From a virus (lineage: Duplodnaviria; Caudoviricetes), in the IMG/VR virus record IMGVR_UViG_3300022562_002170, positions 1-52,701 of that record: a DNA stretch of 52,701 nt; one strand, written 5' to 3'. Positions 8,123 through 18,016 of this stretch are shown here, piece by piece. The position numbers and the translations under genes are program-made. The notes beneath the pieces are model-generated. The model was not told where the DNA came from, did not search any database, and saw nothing but the letters and a program-made list of their open reading frames with translations. Position 1 is the stretch's first letter, and every line of letters starts with the position of its first letter.

Positions 8123-11100
8123 ATGTCGATAGACACCAGTGGAGGCCTCCTCGAGGGGATCAGGCTGAGCGAGGGGAACAACGGGTTCACCTTTCCCCCT
8201 CGCACTGTCGTGTCCAGCCAGGCCTCCCTGGACTCGATAACGGGCAGGGCCGAGTACGTCCTCATCGCTGCGAGCACGGATCCGGCGGCCAAGTCTGCCG
8301 AGATCGCGGATCCTGGCCTTCGCTTCCCGTGGACGAAGAACCAAGGGACGGTGGTCCGCTTTCGCTACGACAGCTTTTCGAAGCGGTGGCTCCCGGCCCC
8401 CGGCGGGCCACCGGACGAGCTCGGGCCGTTGTCGAACACGGAGCGCCTGATTGCGCCCATTCCGGACTCTTCCGTCACGGACTCTCCGTACTCCCTTTAC
8501 GTTGGGTCCACCTCGAGGCTCGTCACCTTCACCGTCGTCCTCGTCGGGACCGCGGGGGACTTCACGCCTCCGGCCTCGCTCGCGCAGGGGACGGTCGAGC
8601 TCTCGGTCCAGGACGGGCAGCTGAACTTCAGTCAGGCAGATGTGACCTCGTACGGCGGACAGGCGGTCCTGTCGCAGCGCCAGAGCTTCTTCGACAGGGT
8701 CCAGTCCACTGGATCCATTGGGTCTCTGCCGTCGTCTTCCGCGGTCGAGTACTTCCTGTTCCTCAACCCGAGGCCGGCGTCCGGACAAATGCCGAGGGTG
8801 AGGATTGGCTATCAGCCCCTCCTCTCCGCCATTCAGGTACCGAACGAGGCGTCGCTCGGGACCCCGGCCTCTGGTACCTTCACTTGGGCCCTGGACACCG
8901 GCCGGGTCAGGATCTCCCCGACCGACCTCGACGCGAACGCAAACGTCGACCTGTACTACGACGGCGTTACGACAGGCGAAGTTCAGCTCACGAGGGTCCT
9001 CCTCGGCTCCCCTGCCGGGTCCTTCCCGTCCTCGGCTTTCACCATCGCCGCGGCGGTCGGAGTGGAGGATCCCCAGAGATTCGTGATCTTCGCCGAGCTC
9101 TCCGGGCAGTCGCGCCGGTACTTCAACGTCCTGATGAGGGACCCGGTCAATACGTCCGGGAGCCGGCCCGGGACGGGGTCGGTGTACCTGGATTCTTCGA
9201 GCGGGGCGGTCTACATGAACCCCTCCGACGTTTCCTCCCTGTCCGGGTGGACCTTCTACTACCTGGACTCCGTCGTTCCGGTCGAGGACGGGGTCTCCGT
9301 ACAGCTTTATCGAAGCGGCGTGAACGGGTCCGGGATCGCTCAGGTCCCGGACTTCACAATCCAGTATTTCGTGGACGGGCAAATCGTTGTTGACGGCGTC
9401 ACCGCGTCACCGTTCGCCATGCTCCCGACCACGCCCCTCGTCGACTCCGACCTGGCTTTTTCCGTCGCTCAGGCGCCGGGCTCGAGCGGCACGTTCACTG
9501 GGAATCTCCTCGACGGATCGGATCCCTCCGGGCAGGGGAGGGCGTACCTCCTCGACCTCGACCTTCATCAGGTGAACTTCGCCTTCCGGAAGACCGTCCA
9601 GAAGACCCTCCTACGCGCGTCCCCGAGCGTGAAGCTCGATGATGCCGCCGTCAGCGAGCTTGGGCTCGAGGTGACTAGGGATGGGTCCCCGATAGTTGCC
9701 GGGACTGATTTTTCCTTCGACCCGGACACTGGTCTGCTCGAGTTCTTGGATCCAGTCGGAGAGAATGACCCTGGGAACAGGTCCGGGATCTCCGGTACTG
9801 TCTCTCTCCCGAACCTCTTCACGTCGGACGCGGGCTTCTCCGGGGCGGACGTCGGGAAGTTCCTCCTTTTTCAGAGCGGGGCGAACCAGGGGATCTACAA
9901 GGTCCTTGAGTTAGTTACGGCCTCTTCTGTTAGAGTCTCTCCTGGCTTCGCGTCCGTTGGCTCTGCGACGGCGGATCTGAAGGCGGCTGCCGAGGTCGTC
10001 GCGGACCGCTTTTGGACGGAGCTCAGCCCTCCGTACAAGAAATTCTCTCTCTCCGTAGCGAATTCGCAAGCCGGGCCTTTCGTGGCCCTAGACAACGGCC
10101 AGTACTCGGTTGCTGTGAACGTCGGGCAGGTAAACCTCGGCACTCCGGCGAAGCCCGGTCAGGTCTTCGTCATCACCTACGTCGCACTCGAGACCGAGGA
10201 CGACGGTTATACGTATACGCCCGTTAACAAGGTCGAGAACGCCCTGTTCAAGGTCCGTCAAGAGACGGCGGCTACCACGGCCGGGTCCAAGATAGCCACG
10301 TTCAACCCCGACGGCAGAACCTTCAGCTCCGCCCGACAGCCGACCCTTTACCTGAACGGTGTCCCTCTCGACCAGGAGGCCTTTGAGATTCAGGCCCCAG
10401 GGACCATCCAGCTCGCCGTGGCCATCACGTCGGGGCAATCCCTCGTCCTTGACTACTGGGTTGAGGAGGCCCTCGGTGGCGAGTCTGTCTTCGACCTCCT
10501 CTCCTCCAACGTCGACCTCGACTTGCCCCAGGTCGTGCAGGGGCAACAGACGACGTTCTTCAACGGGGACCAGACCGGGAAGCTGACCCCGGGCTCGGCT
10601 CTGTTCGTGGGGCAGACCGAGGTCGTCATCGTTCTCTCTGCTGTCTACGACCCGTCCGGGGACGTGACGTCCGTCACGTTCGAACAGGTTCCGACTGTTT
10701 CCTCGGATGGCGCTGCCATTCTCGCGACCGGGTCCGTCAGTGGGGACTACCGCGTTACCGAGACGGCGACGGCTGACATCTTCACGCAGGGGACCAACTT
10801 CCTGTTCGTGGACGGCGACGTCTCGTCCTCTTACAGGGCGGGGACGATAGTGACCGTCGACGAGGCCCCGTTCTCTGTTATCAGCGCCTCTTACGACGCT
10901 GCGTCCGGTAGGACGCGGATCACCTTCGCCGCTGCCGCCAAGAGGAACCACGTCCTCCCGTCCCTGACTAGGACGGTTCGTCCGGTCCTGTTTGCCGGAT
11001 CGTCCTTCGAAACGAGCATGCCTGCCAGCGTCGACCAGCCATTCACGCTCGTCCGAATGGGGTCGGACAGGAAGGTGCTCGTCAGGGACGTGGACTACGT

Positions 11101-13360
11101 CCTGACGGAGGGAGGTTCTATTTCCATGACCTCCCCGCTCGGGTTTGGAGCCTCCCTGTACGCCTTGTATGTGGCCCGCACGTTCCAGCCGGCCGGGACC
11201 GTCTTCACTGTCAACTACGCTTACGCCATCGCCCCGGGCCCAAACAACGGGATCCAGGGGCAGCGTCTCGTTGCCACCTACAACTTGTACGCGCCGGATA
11301 CCTTCTTCTACCGCGTCGAGACAGTCGGGACCTTCATCCCGGAGGTCCAGGACCTCCTCCGCTCTGGCGCCTCGTCCGGTTCGTCCGGCCCCTCCGTTCA
11401 GGACGCGGTTGGGCAGGCGAACAAGGACTACGGACGCCCGAGCCCATACTTCGATGAGCAGCACCTGTACAACGTCGACCTCGTCGTCCGGCGCCTCTTG
11501 CTCTTCTACAACGACTTTGTTGACGTGTACGAGGATATCCTGTCGGACCTCGACGGGAGAGTCGTGGGGGGAAACCAGGGGCGGTTCCGGTTTGATGGCG
11601 CTGTCGACAACCCTCCGCGGACTTCGTTCTCGGAGATCACGAACGACATCGACGATCAGGTCAAGCTCTACGACCGTATCCGGATGACTGGGTTCTTCAC
11701 CTTCTCCAGCGTCCCCGTTTACGGGAACATGGCCTCTCCGAACAGGCTCTCGAGGCTGTTTCCGACATACGCCGTGCAGTCGGCCGCGATCAGCGGGGAC
11801 GTCGGGGACAGCCATCGAGGGGAACCCATCGGGAGCCTCGACAGGGACGACATCAAGGGTGTCCAGACGATCCGGAGCGCGAAGGCCAGGGCGTTCTTCA
11901 CGTCCGTTCCGGGCGGCGCCGTCTTCACCATTGAGAAGAACGGGGACGAGGAGTCCCTCGTCCCCAGGTTCGCCAGCGGTCAAGACGTTTCCGTCTACAG
12001 CATCGACGGGGTCAAGCAGTACACGGCCACCGTCTCGTCTGCCACGACGACCGAGCCGGCTACCGTCGTCCTGGCGGCCCCAACAAGCCTCGACGAGGGA
12101 AGCCTCCTCCAGGACATTTCGGACGCCGGCAATTCGGAGAACCATTTTTACACGCCGGGCCGCGACCTCGTGGTCGACACGGACAACGGGCAGATCATCA
12201 ACAACACGTATCCGACACCTCTAAGCACTTTGCAGAATGCGGTGTCCGGCAACGAGATCCTGGATTTTCCCCTCTCCCTGAACAACCAGGACTTGCGGCC
12301 ACGCAGGATCCCCGCGTTGGATGGCCTCGAGCAGAACGACGATGGTCGCCTCCCGGAGCCGCTCCTCAGGCGCATGGGCGAGTCCGCCCTCCTCGGGAAG
12401 GAGGCTGCGGCCGGCTCTTCCCTCGGATTCGCCAAGATCAGCGCCGACCTCGTGACGGCGACCGGCGTCACCGTCCCCGTCGCCATTAACGACAAGGTGA
12501 GGTTCGTCGACGGCCCGAACGCCGGGCTTGAGAGGGTCGTCCAGTTCGTCGGCCCATCCTCGTTCGTTGTTAGCGCCACTCTCCTTGCTGCTGACCCGGT
12601 CGGGAGCAGCTTCGAGATAACCTCGAGGCCACTTACCTACTCGGAGATTCTCGCCCTCGAGGTCGGGGTCCTATCTACGAACGTGGCGAACGGGCCGACG
12701 AGCTCCGGTGCCCAGCTGAACGTCATAGACTCTGAGATCACGTCTGTGGAGAAGGCCATAGCCACGGCCTGCGACACGGTTTCCTCCGGGACGGGGATCG
12801 CCGCGCCGACGACCCTTACCGATCCGTCCGCAAACTTCACCCTCGACGGGGTCGGGGACGGATATCTGGTCTACGTCCCGTCGGGCGCGAACCTCGGCCT
12901 GTATAGGGTCTCTTCCGCCACGGCCACCGCGCTCACCGTCGACACGACGTCCCCGTTCCAAGGATTCCCGTCGGCCGGATCGACCCCATACGTCGTGTTT
13001 CGTCTCCTTTCGTTCCTCGATCCGTCACATGCGGAGTTCTACGCCAAGTTTCTCCGAGAGACTCTCGCCTTCCTCTCATCCACCCAGTCGTTCCTCGCTG
13101 CGCCGACCGCGGCCGGGAAGGCGGCGCGCCTCATCCTCGTGGCGGTCAGGGCCGCCGCGGTCCAGGGGTTCGTTTCCCAGGTCGAAGGCCTTCTCACGGA
13201 CGACAACATCTACGAAGTGAGGTACCTATGGATAGACCAGAGGACAAACAGGAAGGACGGGACGCTGGCACAGCAGGTGCAGGCCGCGACCAAGAGGGAG
13301 GACGACCTCCTGAAGATCGTGGAGGACCAACGGAAGCTTCTGGTGGCGGAGACCATGTAG
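8123..13360 (+). CDS. Giant beta-rich virion structural protein (baseplate-associated), 1745 aa
   Basis: Long ORF rich in Ser/Thr/Gly/Val. Repeated small beta modules (G-x-N-x-G-x-Y-x-V; GTDF and VDY motifs) and a helical C-terminus. Confidence 0.75.
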   Translation: MSIDTSGGLLEGIRLSEGNNGFTFPPRTVVSSQASLDSITGRAEYVLIAASTDPAAKSAEIADPGLRFPWTKNQGTVVRFRYDSFSKRWLPAPGGPPDELGPLSNTERLIAPIPDSSVTDSPYSLYVGSTSRLVTFTVVLVGTAGDFTPPASLAQGTVELSVQDGQLNFSQADVTSYGGQAVLSQRQSFFDRVQSTGSIGSLPSSSAVEYFLFLNPRPASGQMPRVRIGYQPLLSAIQVPNEASLGTPASGTFTWALDTGRVRISPTDLDANANVDLYYDGVTTGEVQLTRVLLGSPAGSFPSSAFTIAAAVGVEDPQRFVIFAELSGQSRRYFNVLMRDPVNTSGSRPGTGSVYLDSSSGAVYMNPSDVSSLSGWTFYYLDSVVPVEDGVSVQLYRSGVNGSGIAQVPDFTIQYFVDGQIVVDGVTASPFAMLPTTPLVDSDLAFSVAQAPGSSGTFTGNLLDGSDPSGQGRAYLLDLDLHQVNFAFRKTVQKTLLRASPSVKLDDAAVSELGLEVTRDGSPIVAGTDFSFDPDTGLLEFLDPVGENDPGNRSGISGTVSLPNLFTSDAGFSGADVGKFLLFQSGANQGIYKVLELVTASSVRVSPGFASVGSATADLKAAAEVVADRFWTELSPPYKKFSLSVANSQAGPFVALDNGQYSVAVNVGQVNLGTPAKPGQVFVITYVALETEDDGYTYTPVNKVENALFKVRQETAATTAGSKIATFNPDGRTFSSARQPTLYLNGVPLDQEAFEIQAPGTIQLAVAITSGQSLVLDYWVEEALGGESVFDLLSSNVDLDLPQVVQGQQTTFFNGDQTGKLTPGSALFVGQTEVVIVLSAVYDPSGDVTSVTFEQVPTVSSDGAAILATGSVSGDYRVTETATADIFTQGTNFLFVDGDVSSSYRAGTIVTVDEAPFSVISASYDAASGRTRITFAAAAKRNHVLPSLTRTVRPVLFAGSSFETSMPASVDQPFTLVRMGSDRKVLVRDVDYVLTEGGSISMTSPLGFGASLYALYVARTFQPAGTVFTVNYAYAIAPGPNNGIQGQRLVATYNLYAPDTFFYRVETVGTFIPEVQDLLRSGASSGSSGPSVQDAVGQANKDYGRPSPYFDEQHLYNVDLVVRRLLLFYNDFVDVYEDILSDLDGRVVGGNQGRFRFDGAVDNPPRTSFSEITNDIDDQVKLYDRIRMTGFFTFSSVPVYGNMASPNRLSRLFPTYAVQSAAISGDVGDSHRGEPIGSLDRDDIKGVQTIRSAKARAFFTSVPGGAVFTIEKNGDEESLVPRFASGQDVSVYSIDGVKQYTATVSSATTTEPATVVLAAPTSLDEGSLLQDISDAGNSENHFYTPGRDLVVDTDNGQIINNTYPTPLSTLQNAVSGNEILDFPLSLNNQDLRPRRIPALDGLEQNDDGRLPEPLLRRMGESALLGKEAAAGSSLGFAKISADLVTATGVTVPVAINDKVRFVDGPNAGLERVVQFVGPSSFVVSATLLAADPVGSSFEITSRPLTYSEILALEVGVLSTNVANGPTSSGAQLNVIDSEITSVEKAIATACDTVSSGTGIAAPTTLTDPSANFTLDGVGDGYLVYVPSGANLGLYRVSSATATALTVDTTSPFQGFPSAGSTPYVVFRLLSFLDPSHAEFYAKFLRETLAFLSSTQSFLAAPTAAGKAARLILVAVRAAAVQGFVSQVEGLLTDDNIYEVRYLWIDQRTNRKDGTLAQQVQAATKREDDLLKIVEDQRKLLVAETM

Positions 13361-13512
13361 GGCCGAAGTGGTCTCACGGTCAGGATCTGAACTTTGAGAA
13401 CGTGCGTGGCTTCCTCAACGTCATGAAGGAGGGCGTCGAGAAGTCCATAGCGGAGTGTGAGGACCTGTTGAAGAAGAAGAGGGCTGAACTGAGAAGGATG
13501 GGGGGAGGATAG
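13228..13512 (+). CDS. Small coiled-coil protein; start uncertain (94 aa if ATG 13228, overlapping the upstream gene by 133 nt)
   Basis: The C-terminal half (KWSHGQDLNFENVRGFLNVMKEGVEKSIAECEDLLKKKRAELRR) fills the 13361-13521 gap. GAGGT lies 4 nt before ATG 13228. Confidence 0.55.
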   Translation: MDRPEDKQEGRDAGTAGAGRDQEGGRPPEDRGGPTEASGGGDHVGPKWSHGQDLNFENVRGFLNVMKEGVEKSIAECEDLLKKKRAELRRMGGG

Positions 13513-13521
13513 CGGCGCCAG

Positions 13522-15858
13522 ATGTCCGAATGGCAGACCATAACCTTCAAGTTCGACATCTTCGACCCGCTCCGGCCCCCGCTGGAGACGGCGCTTTCCG
13601 CGCTCGAGGTGATCGAGGCCATCCTGGAGGCCCTGCTCGACCTGATCCGGCCTTTCATGCTGGACCTGCTGAACCCCCTGCGCGCCCTCATAGCCGCGCT
13701 CCTGGCCGCCCTACGCGCCCTCATCAACCAGATCCGCTCCACCGGCGTCGCAGTCCTCCTCGTGCACCCGGACTTCAGCCAACCGGATTTCAGCGGCGTA
13801 CTCAACTCCGTGTCCGGCGCATACCCCGGGTTCGAGTCGAAGGTCGTCAGCAAATTCTACGACACTTCTGACATCTTCCGTCCGCAGTACCCGCCCGGGT
13901 CCTCCGTCGCCATGCTCATCTTCTATATCGGCGCGGACTCCCCTGGCGACCTTCTCGGCCTACTCTTCGCCCTTCTGGCCCTAATCAAGCATCCGATTCG
14001 CCTTTCTGGCCTCCCCGCCCCCGTGGGGCTGAAGGTCCTTCCGGTGAAGCAGGGAGGGGACGCCATATCGCAGTTCCGGAACTTGTTCGACTCGGATCTG
14101 AACCAGGCCCTGTCGCTCGAGTGGAGGATGCCACAGTCCCCGGCCGGTATGGGCGCCGCCGGGTTCGCGGGACAGATTGTCGCTTTCTACAACGCTTTCC
14201 GGTTCCCGAACTTCGTCATCGAGCGCCATGGCCCGTTCCCGCAGGACGAGGGCGACTCGCAGCTGGACTCACGCGGGGAGGTCCTGCGCATTCAGACGAA
14301 TTCGAATAACCTCGGGAATGTCGTCGACTCGACGGTCTCCAAGTACGGCTTTCCGCGCGTCAACTCCTTGATCCCCGTCCGTGAGGAGGATGGAACAGTT
14401 CACAGGATCTTTAACAGCAAGCGGGCGATCCAGTTCGGAGGGAGCGGCGAGGCCAAGGACGGAGAACCGATTGGATCGCCGACGAGCGCCCTGGCGGCAG
14501 ATACGGCCCTCATCACCGGGATCGCGACAGGGACTTACAGGTACCTTGATGAGGACGAGAAGCTCGTCCCGGGACGAACTTACTATTACAGGGTCCGGGC
14601 CTTTTTCGGCGACGCGACGGATTATCTTGGCCTCACGCAGCCGGACGGGGTTCTTGCTTCCCAGGTCGGGCTTGCGAGATCCGGCAACTTCCAGGTCCTG
14701 AAGACGTCTCCAAAACTGACCCTCGGGAAGCCGAGCCGCGTGGTCAAGGGCTTCGTCCCCAGGAAGGTCGACGTCGGTGCGCAGGCCTTTAACGCGTATC
14801 AGAACATATACGACGCAATCAGGGCCGGGCTCCTGCTGAACTTCGACCTACCCCCGGCCAACGCGGATGACACGACCTTCCGCCAGGAGCAGAAGACGGG
14901 ATGGGGCACTCTCGGGATGCTCGGTGGGCAGATAGCTGTAGCCAAGGCGTCGGTCGCGTCTTTCAACAGCGAGTCCACTCAGGAGCTGATACGGACGCGC
15001 CTCGAGTTCGCGGGAGGATCTGCAACCCTGGCCCAGTCAAGCCAGCTCTTGGACGACGTCATCTTCAACGCGACGGCTCGCCGCCTCGCCAACTCGGTCG
15101 TCGACAAGCTGTTCGACAATTCGACGTTCGTGAACCTTCTTGCGGACCAGTGGAGTCAGGGTGTCAATGAGATCGTGCAGGGTATCCTGACTGAGAAGCA
15201 GTCCTGGTTCCTGCTGGCCGTGGTCGGCGGCATGACCCCGGAGTCCAACGCCCAGATAGAGACGTATTTATCTCTAGAGGAGCAGCTAGTTAATTCGGAC
15301 GGGACTTTTGCGGCCGGGGAGATCATGGTTAGTCCGCTCCCGATCCAGGGAGGGTCCCCTCCGGCCATCCTCGTGCAGGAGCGCCTCGATCTCGCAAACT
15401 TCCTCAGAACGGCCCTGTCCACCGTCAGCTCGCAGACCGGATATCTATCATGGTATTCCGTCACGGTCGGAGACCTCTTCCCGCCGCTGACTCCATTCCT
15501 TTTCGATTTCGAGGACTTCCTGTCTTCGCTCCTGAAGGCGGTAGAGAGCGCCCTGAAGGAGATCGCCGACATCATCGAGACCCTGCTCCAGAAGATCAGG
15601 GCCCTCAAGCAGATGCTCGAGACGATTTTGGCCCTCCTCGACCTCCTCGAGATCAGTATATCCGTGAGCGTCCTGTCTATGAGCACCACGAATGGGAGCG
15701 CCGAAACCCTCGTTCAGGCCCTGATCACCTCTGACAGCAAGCCGGGAGACTCGCCATACGGCCTTCACTCCGGGATGGTTCTAACTGCCGGCGGGCCTGG
15801 GCAGGGGTTCATCGCCGCTCTCGAGGCCATCAAGTTCATTCTCACGATCCCCTTCTAG
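13522..15858 (+). CDS. Structural protein with amphipathic/hydrophobic helical termini and a central FN3-like domain, 778 aa
   Basis: Leu/Ile/Ala helices at both ends. 'ALSLEW...YRYLD...LVPGRTYYYRVRAF' resembles fibronectin type III. GGAGG upstream. Confidence 0.7.
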   Translation: MSEWQTITFKFDIFDPLRPPLETALSALEVIEAILEALLDLIRPFMLDLLNPLRALIAALLAALRALINQIRSTGVAVLLVHPDFSQPDFSGVLNSVSGAYPGFESKVVSKFYDTSDIFRPQYPPGSSVAMLIFYIGADSPGDLLGLLFALLALIKHPIRLSGLPAPVGLKVLPVKQGGDAISQFRNLFDSDLNQALSLEWRMPQSPAGMGAAGFAGQIVAFYNAFRFPNFVIERHGPFPQDEGDSQLDSRGEVLRIQTNSNNLGNVVDSTVSKYGFPRVNSLIPVREEDGTVHRIFNSKRAIQFGGSGEAKDGEPIGSPTSALAADTALITGIATGTYRYLDEDEKLVPGRTYYYRVRAFFGDATDYLGLTQPDGVLASQVGLARSGNFQVLKTSPKLTLGKPSRVVKGFVPRKVDVGAQAFNAYQNIYDAIRAGLLLNFDLPPANADDTTFRQEQKTGWGTLGMLGGQIAVAKASVASFNSESTQELIRTRLEFAGGSATLAQSSQLLDDVIFNATARRLANSVVDKLFDNSTFVNLLADQWSQGVNEIVQGILTEKQSWFLLAVVGGMTPESNAQIETYLSLEEQLVNSDGTFAAGEIMVSPLPIQGGSPPAILVQERLDLANFLRTALSTVSSQTGYLSWYSVTVGDLFPPLTPFLFDFEDFLSSLLKAVESALKEIADIIETLLQKIRALKQMLETILALLDLLEISISVSVLSMSTTNGSAETLVQALITSDSKPGDSPYGLHSGMVLTAGGPGQGFIAALEAIKFILTIPF

Positions 15859-15869
15859 CGGCTCTTTAT

Positions 15870-15880
15870 GCGTACCGTGG
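15870..15880 (+). promoter_or_regulatory. GCGTACCGTGG box (GTAnnnT -10-like)
   Basis: Identical 11-mer at 18000-18010. The heptamer is 8 nt before ATG 15887. Confidence 0.6.
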
Positions 15881-15886
15881 ACGGAG

Positions 15887-16603
15887 ATGGCGTTTAACTT
15901 CTTCGGAACGTTCACCACGGCCCAGTGGGAGGATTTCAAGGCCTTCTCTAAGATTCAGGCCATGGAGCTCCGTCTCCGGAGGAGCTGGCTCCAGCGCGAG
16001 CTCAGCCGCGTCGGCGTGTTCACCACGACGTACGACGGCCCGAAGCCGACGGGTTTCTCCGCGACCGGGTACGCCGGGAAGCTTCTTCAGGCCTACCGGA
16101 TACTCGGTGGCGTCCCGGAACAGACAATGCTGCTCCGGACCCGGGATAAGCCCGTCTTTAAGACGAGGGCTGGCGGTGTGTCCGTGCAGAAGGATGCGAC
16201 TACCTCTGGCGGCTTCTCCGATGTCTACTCGAACGGGCGCAGGGAGCGGGGTACCCAAAGGTTCGACCGCGATATCGGACTTCGAGTCGAGAGTCTGAAG
16301 AGGTGGCAGCTCGAGTCGGTCAAGTTCAAGCGCGAGCGTCTCGAGTACAAGATCAAGCGAGCCCTCGACTACTCCGACCAGGTTCAGCAGGAGATCGCCC
16401 TGATAGACAGGCTCCTCGGCCTCGGCCTCGGATCCTTCGACGACCAGCTCACGTCGGTCGAGGTCCTCATATCCAGGCCCGGATCCGCGAACGTCGTCCA
16501 GGATCTGGACGACCGCTTCGGGCTCGATATCGGGAGGCCTACGGACTTCACGTTCGACGACGCCGAGGAGAGGAAGAACGAGTACAAGGAGCGCGGGACT
16601 TGA
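15887..16603 (+). CDS. Hypothetical virion protein with coiled-coil segment, 238 aa
   Basis: Clean ORF inside the operon. Its stop overlaps the next start (TTGA). Confidence 0.75.
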   Translation: MAFNFFGTFTTAQWEDFKAFSKIQAMELRLRRSWLQRELSRVGVFTTTYDGPKPTGFSATGYAGKLLQAYRILGGVPEQTMLLRTRDKPVFKTRAGGVSVQKDATTSGGFSDVYSNGRRERGTQRFDRDIGLRVESLKRWQLESVKFKRERLEYKIKRALDYSDQVQQEIALIDRLLGLGLGSFDDQLTSVEVLISRPGSANVVQDLDDRFGLDIGRPTDFTFDDAEERKNEYKERGT

Positions 16604-17778
16604 GCTTCGACTTCTTCACTCCGCGGATCTGCCCCCACGAGGTGGCCTACGAGACCCTCACACTCGACGCGTCCGACCGTCGCGTCGCCCCGTTCCTGCG
16701 CCCGCCATCGAACAGCCAGATCCATGTCTTCCTGGACAACGTTGAGGTCCCGCGGGCCGGTCTCTACTCGTATGCGACCCTCCCGTTCTCGAGGCCGGAG
16801 CCGTACCGGATCAAGAAGGGCGTGAACGACCTCCTGTATCTGTCCGTCGGATTTGACGCACCGCAGATGGTCCAGCTCATACCCGGGTCTGTCAGCGCGA
16901 GGGACCTGGCTAGGGATCTACAGCTGAAGTTCCCGGACCTGTACGTGGACGTCGTGAACCGGAGGACGTACGTCCGCTCCAGGACTGCTTCGCGCGGCAC
17001 GGCCTTCCAGCTCCATGATCCGAGATGGACCGACACGACGAGCTCCCTGCCGACCACGGCCAGGATCCTGGCGGCCTACTCCACGCTCGGGATCGTCCCG
17101 GGCCGCGCTGCGGTCGGGAGGCTCCTCGTCCCCGGCTGGTCCGTGAAGGACGACCCGGCGGACCCGCTCCTTCGGAACAAGCTTCTGGTCTTCTCTTCAG
17201 AGCTCAAGAACGACTCGCCGCTCGTCCAGGTCAGCTACGTCACGAGTGAGGTGGACTGCCGGCGCTGCCACGGAACGCGGATCGAGTTCGACTACCAGAT
17301 CGAGAACAACTCGTACGCCGAGGTACGTGACACGGACCTCCTTGCGCAGGAGTTCGACAAGTTCCTGTTCACGAAGATCGGGTCGCACTGGAAGTGGAAT
17401 TGGCTCGGATCCAAGCTCGTTGACCGCATCGGCGGAAAGGGCTCAACCGGCCAGGTCTCCGTCAACACCGTCATTACGGTCGATATATCTCAGGCCTTCA
17501 GCACCTACCAGAACATCAAGAGCCAACAGGACTCGAAGTTCCCGCAGCAGAAGGTGTCGGACGCCGAGTATCCGCAGCAGCTCGCCGGGATCAACGTCCA
17601 GACCCTCCCGCAAGATCCGACGGTGGCTATAGTCACGACTACGGTGGTCAGCAGAAGCCAGGTCGACGTCCCGTTGAAGCGCCTCGTCGGCGATCCGAAC
17701 CCGTTCACCCTCGCCGGGGATCCCGAGACGAACATACGGCTTCAGCCGGGACAGACCGGCTTCAGGCTTCGCGGATGA
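16600..17778 (+). CDS. gp25/gpW-like baseplate wedge (sheath initiator) protein with N-terminal extension, about 392 aa, TTG start
   Basis: TTG at 16600 overlaps the upstream TGA and gives MSFDFFTPRICPHE. The C-terminal 'DLLAQEFDKFLFTKIGSHWKWNWLGSKLVDRIG' matches the gp25-family L-x-T-x-x-G...G-S-x-L pattern. CPH and CRRC motifs present. Confidence 0.6.
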   Translation: MSFDFFTPRICPHEVAYETLTLDASDRRVAPFLRPPSNSQIHVFLDNVEVPRAGLYSYATLPFSRPEPYRIKKGVNDLLYLSVGFDAPQMVQLIPGSVSARDLARDLQLKFPDLYVDVVNRRTYVRSRTASRGTAFQLHDPRWTDTTSSLPTTARILAAYSTLGIVPGRAAVGRLLVPGWSVKDDPADPLLRNKLLVFSSELKNDSPLVQVSYVTSEVDCRRCHGTRIEFDYQIENNSYAEVRDTDLLAQEFDKFLFTKIGSHWKWNWLGSKLVDRIGGKGSTGQVSVNTVITVDISQAFSTYQNIKSQQDSKFPQQKVSDAEYPQQLAGINVQTLPQDPTVAIVTTTVVSRSQVDVPLKRLVGDPNPFTLAGDPETNIRLQPGQTGFRLRG

Positions 17779-17978
17779 TCCGGGGACGGCGCGTTCACGT
17801 CCAGCCTCTCGAGCTGGCCGCGAACCCCTCTATCCATATCGAGGACGTCAAGCGGCGAAGGTTCCGCCTGATCGACTCCGTCTGCCCCGTCTGCGAGGCC
17901 CGGGTGCAAGACCTCCTCGAGCACTGCCGCACGGTCGGGGACGACATGCACGGGATGCTCGAGGTCATGGTGTCCTGA
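17775..17978 (+). CDS. Small putative metal-binding protein, 67 aa
   Basis: ATGA overlap with the upstream gene. CPVC-x8-HC-x7-H. Confidence 0.6.
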   Translation: MIRGRRVHVQPLELAANPSIHIEDVKRRRFRLIDSVCPVCEARVQDLLEHCRTVGDDMHGMLEVMVS

Positions 17979-17999
17979 CCGCCCTTTAGGGCGCCTATC

Positions 18000-18010
18000 G
18001 CGTACCGTGG
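18000..18010 (+). promoter_or_regulatory. GCGTACCGTGG box (GTAnnnT -10-like)
   Basis: Identical to 15870-15880. The heptamer is 8 nt before ATG 18017. Confidence 0.6.
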
Positions 18011-18016
18011 GAGCGC

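Noticed and set aside
8116-9393. 425-aa alternative-frame + ORF, and others such as 43065-44423 and 31318-32187
   Set aside because: Arg/Gly/Pro-rich off-frame translations inside real genes, with no recognisable motifs.
8123-13360. Calling the 1745-aa protein a tail sheath or tape-measure protein
   Set aside because: No sheath C-terminal motifs were recognised, and it is beta-rich rather than helical, so it is left unassigned.
13358-13390. Possible stop-codon recoding (TAG read-through), as in some large phages
   Set aside because: TAG, TGA and TAA all end genes cleanly next to the following start. Read-through here gives only 9 more residues, and coding density is already near complete under code 11.
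16303-16599. N-terminal 99 aa of the 491-aa track ORF
   Set aside because: It overlaps the 238-aa gene and is Arg-rich noise. TTG 16600 overlapping the upstream stop is the better start.
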